64,000 bases of DNA from Eremomyces bilateralis CBS 781.70 (lineage: Eukaryota): NCBI GenBank assembly GCA_010015585.1, contig ML975163.1; one strand, 5' to 3'. Made by a program: the position numbers and the translations under genes. The notes under the pieces were generated by a model. The model did not search any database. It saw nothing but the letters and a program-made list of their open reading frames with translations, and was not told where the DNA came from. Of this stretch, positions 63,699 to 64,000 are shown one piece after another. Position 1 is the first letter of the stretch; the number at the start of each line of letters is the position of its first letter.

Positions 63699-64000
63699 TG
63701 AAGAAGAAGAGGAGGAAGAAAGTTTTTGGCGGCGCGGAAACTTTTTTTGAGTGCGAATTGTAGCACGTGATCGCACTAGTGTTGGCGGTGCGTTACGGCG
63801 GACGAAGTAGTCCGAACGTGTCACTCATGTCGCAGCCAAGACTTTGGTGACTCAGGCTGTGAGGCATCCACTTACTAGCCTTCGCATCGAAGCTTCAACT
63901 GTACTGGCAGCCTATATCCTTTGTGATAGCTGCACCCCACACTTAAATACAATAGTCTCTACGGTCGAAGTCTGCTAGATCAATCTTACCCATTACCATT

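Noticed and set aside
62982..63824. Several overlapping 60-150 aa ORFs at the right end
   Set aside because: No protein motifs; the region is explained by the MRP RNA and snoRNA structures.

Overview
Fungal (filamentous ascomycete-type) genomic DNA: intron-rich genes with GT..CTRAC..YAG introns. The core gene order is DRE2, YAE1, RPS9/RPL21 (divergent), RHO3, LTO1-like, sepH/CDC15, a DUF1761-like gene, UBA-ZnF-UBX, SCS2/VAP, asparagine synthetase, VDAC porin, KEX1, MES1, a J-domain gene, NUC-2/PHO81, a small membrane protein, RPN4-like and MAP2. Three accessory islands interrupt it and carry decayed innate-immunity or effector genes: a HET-NACHT-ANK pseudogene, a HET-ANK pseudogene and a LysM pseudogene. 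The main discovery is invisible in the ORF track. At the right end (minus strand, about 62982-63698) an RNase MRP RNA gene is followed about 120 nt downstream by an snR79-like box C/D snoRNA (18S Cm1007-equivalent guide), with a spacer hairpin and a duplex flanking the snoRNA, suggesting a dicistronic MRP-snoRNA precursor. Also notable: clustering of three cytosolic Fe-S assembly genes, an intron splitting the NUC-2 start codon, a GC-AG intron and several stop-free 3n introns. All identifications come from motif recognition by eye; no searches were run.
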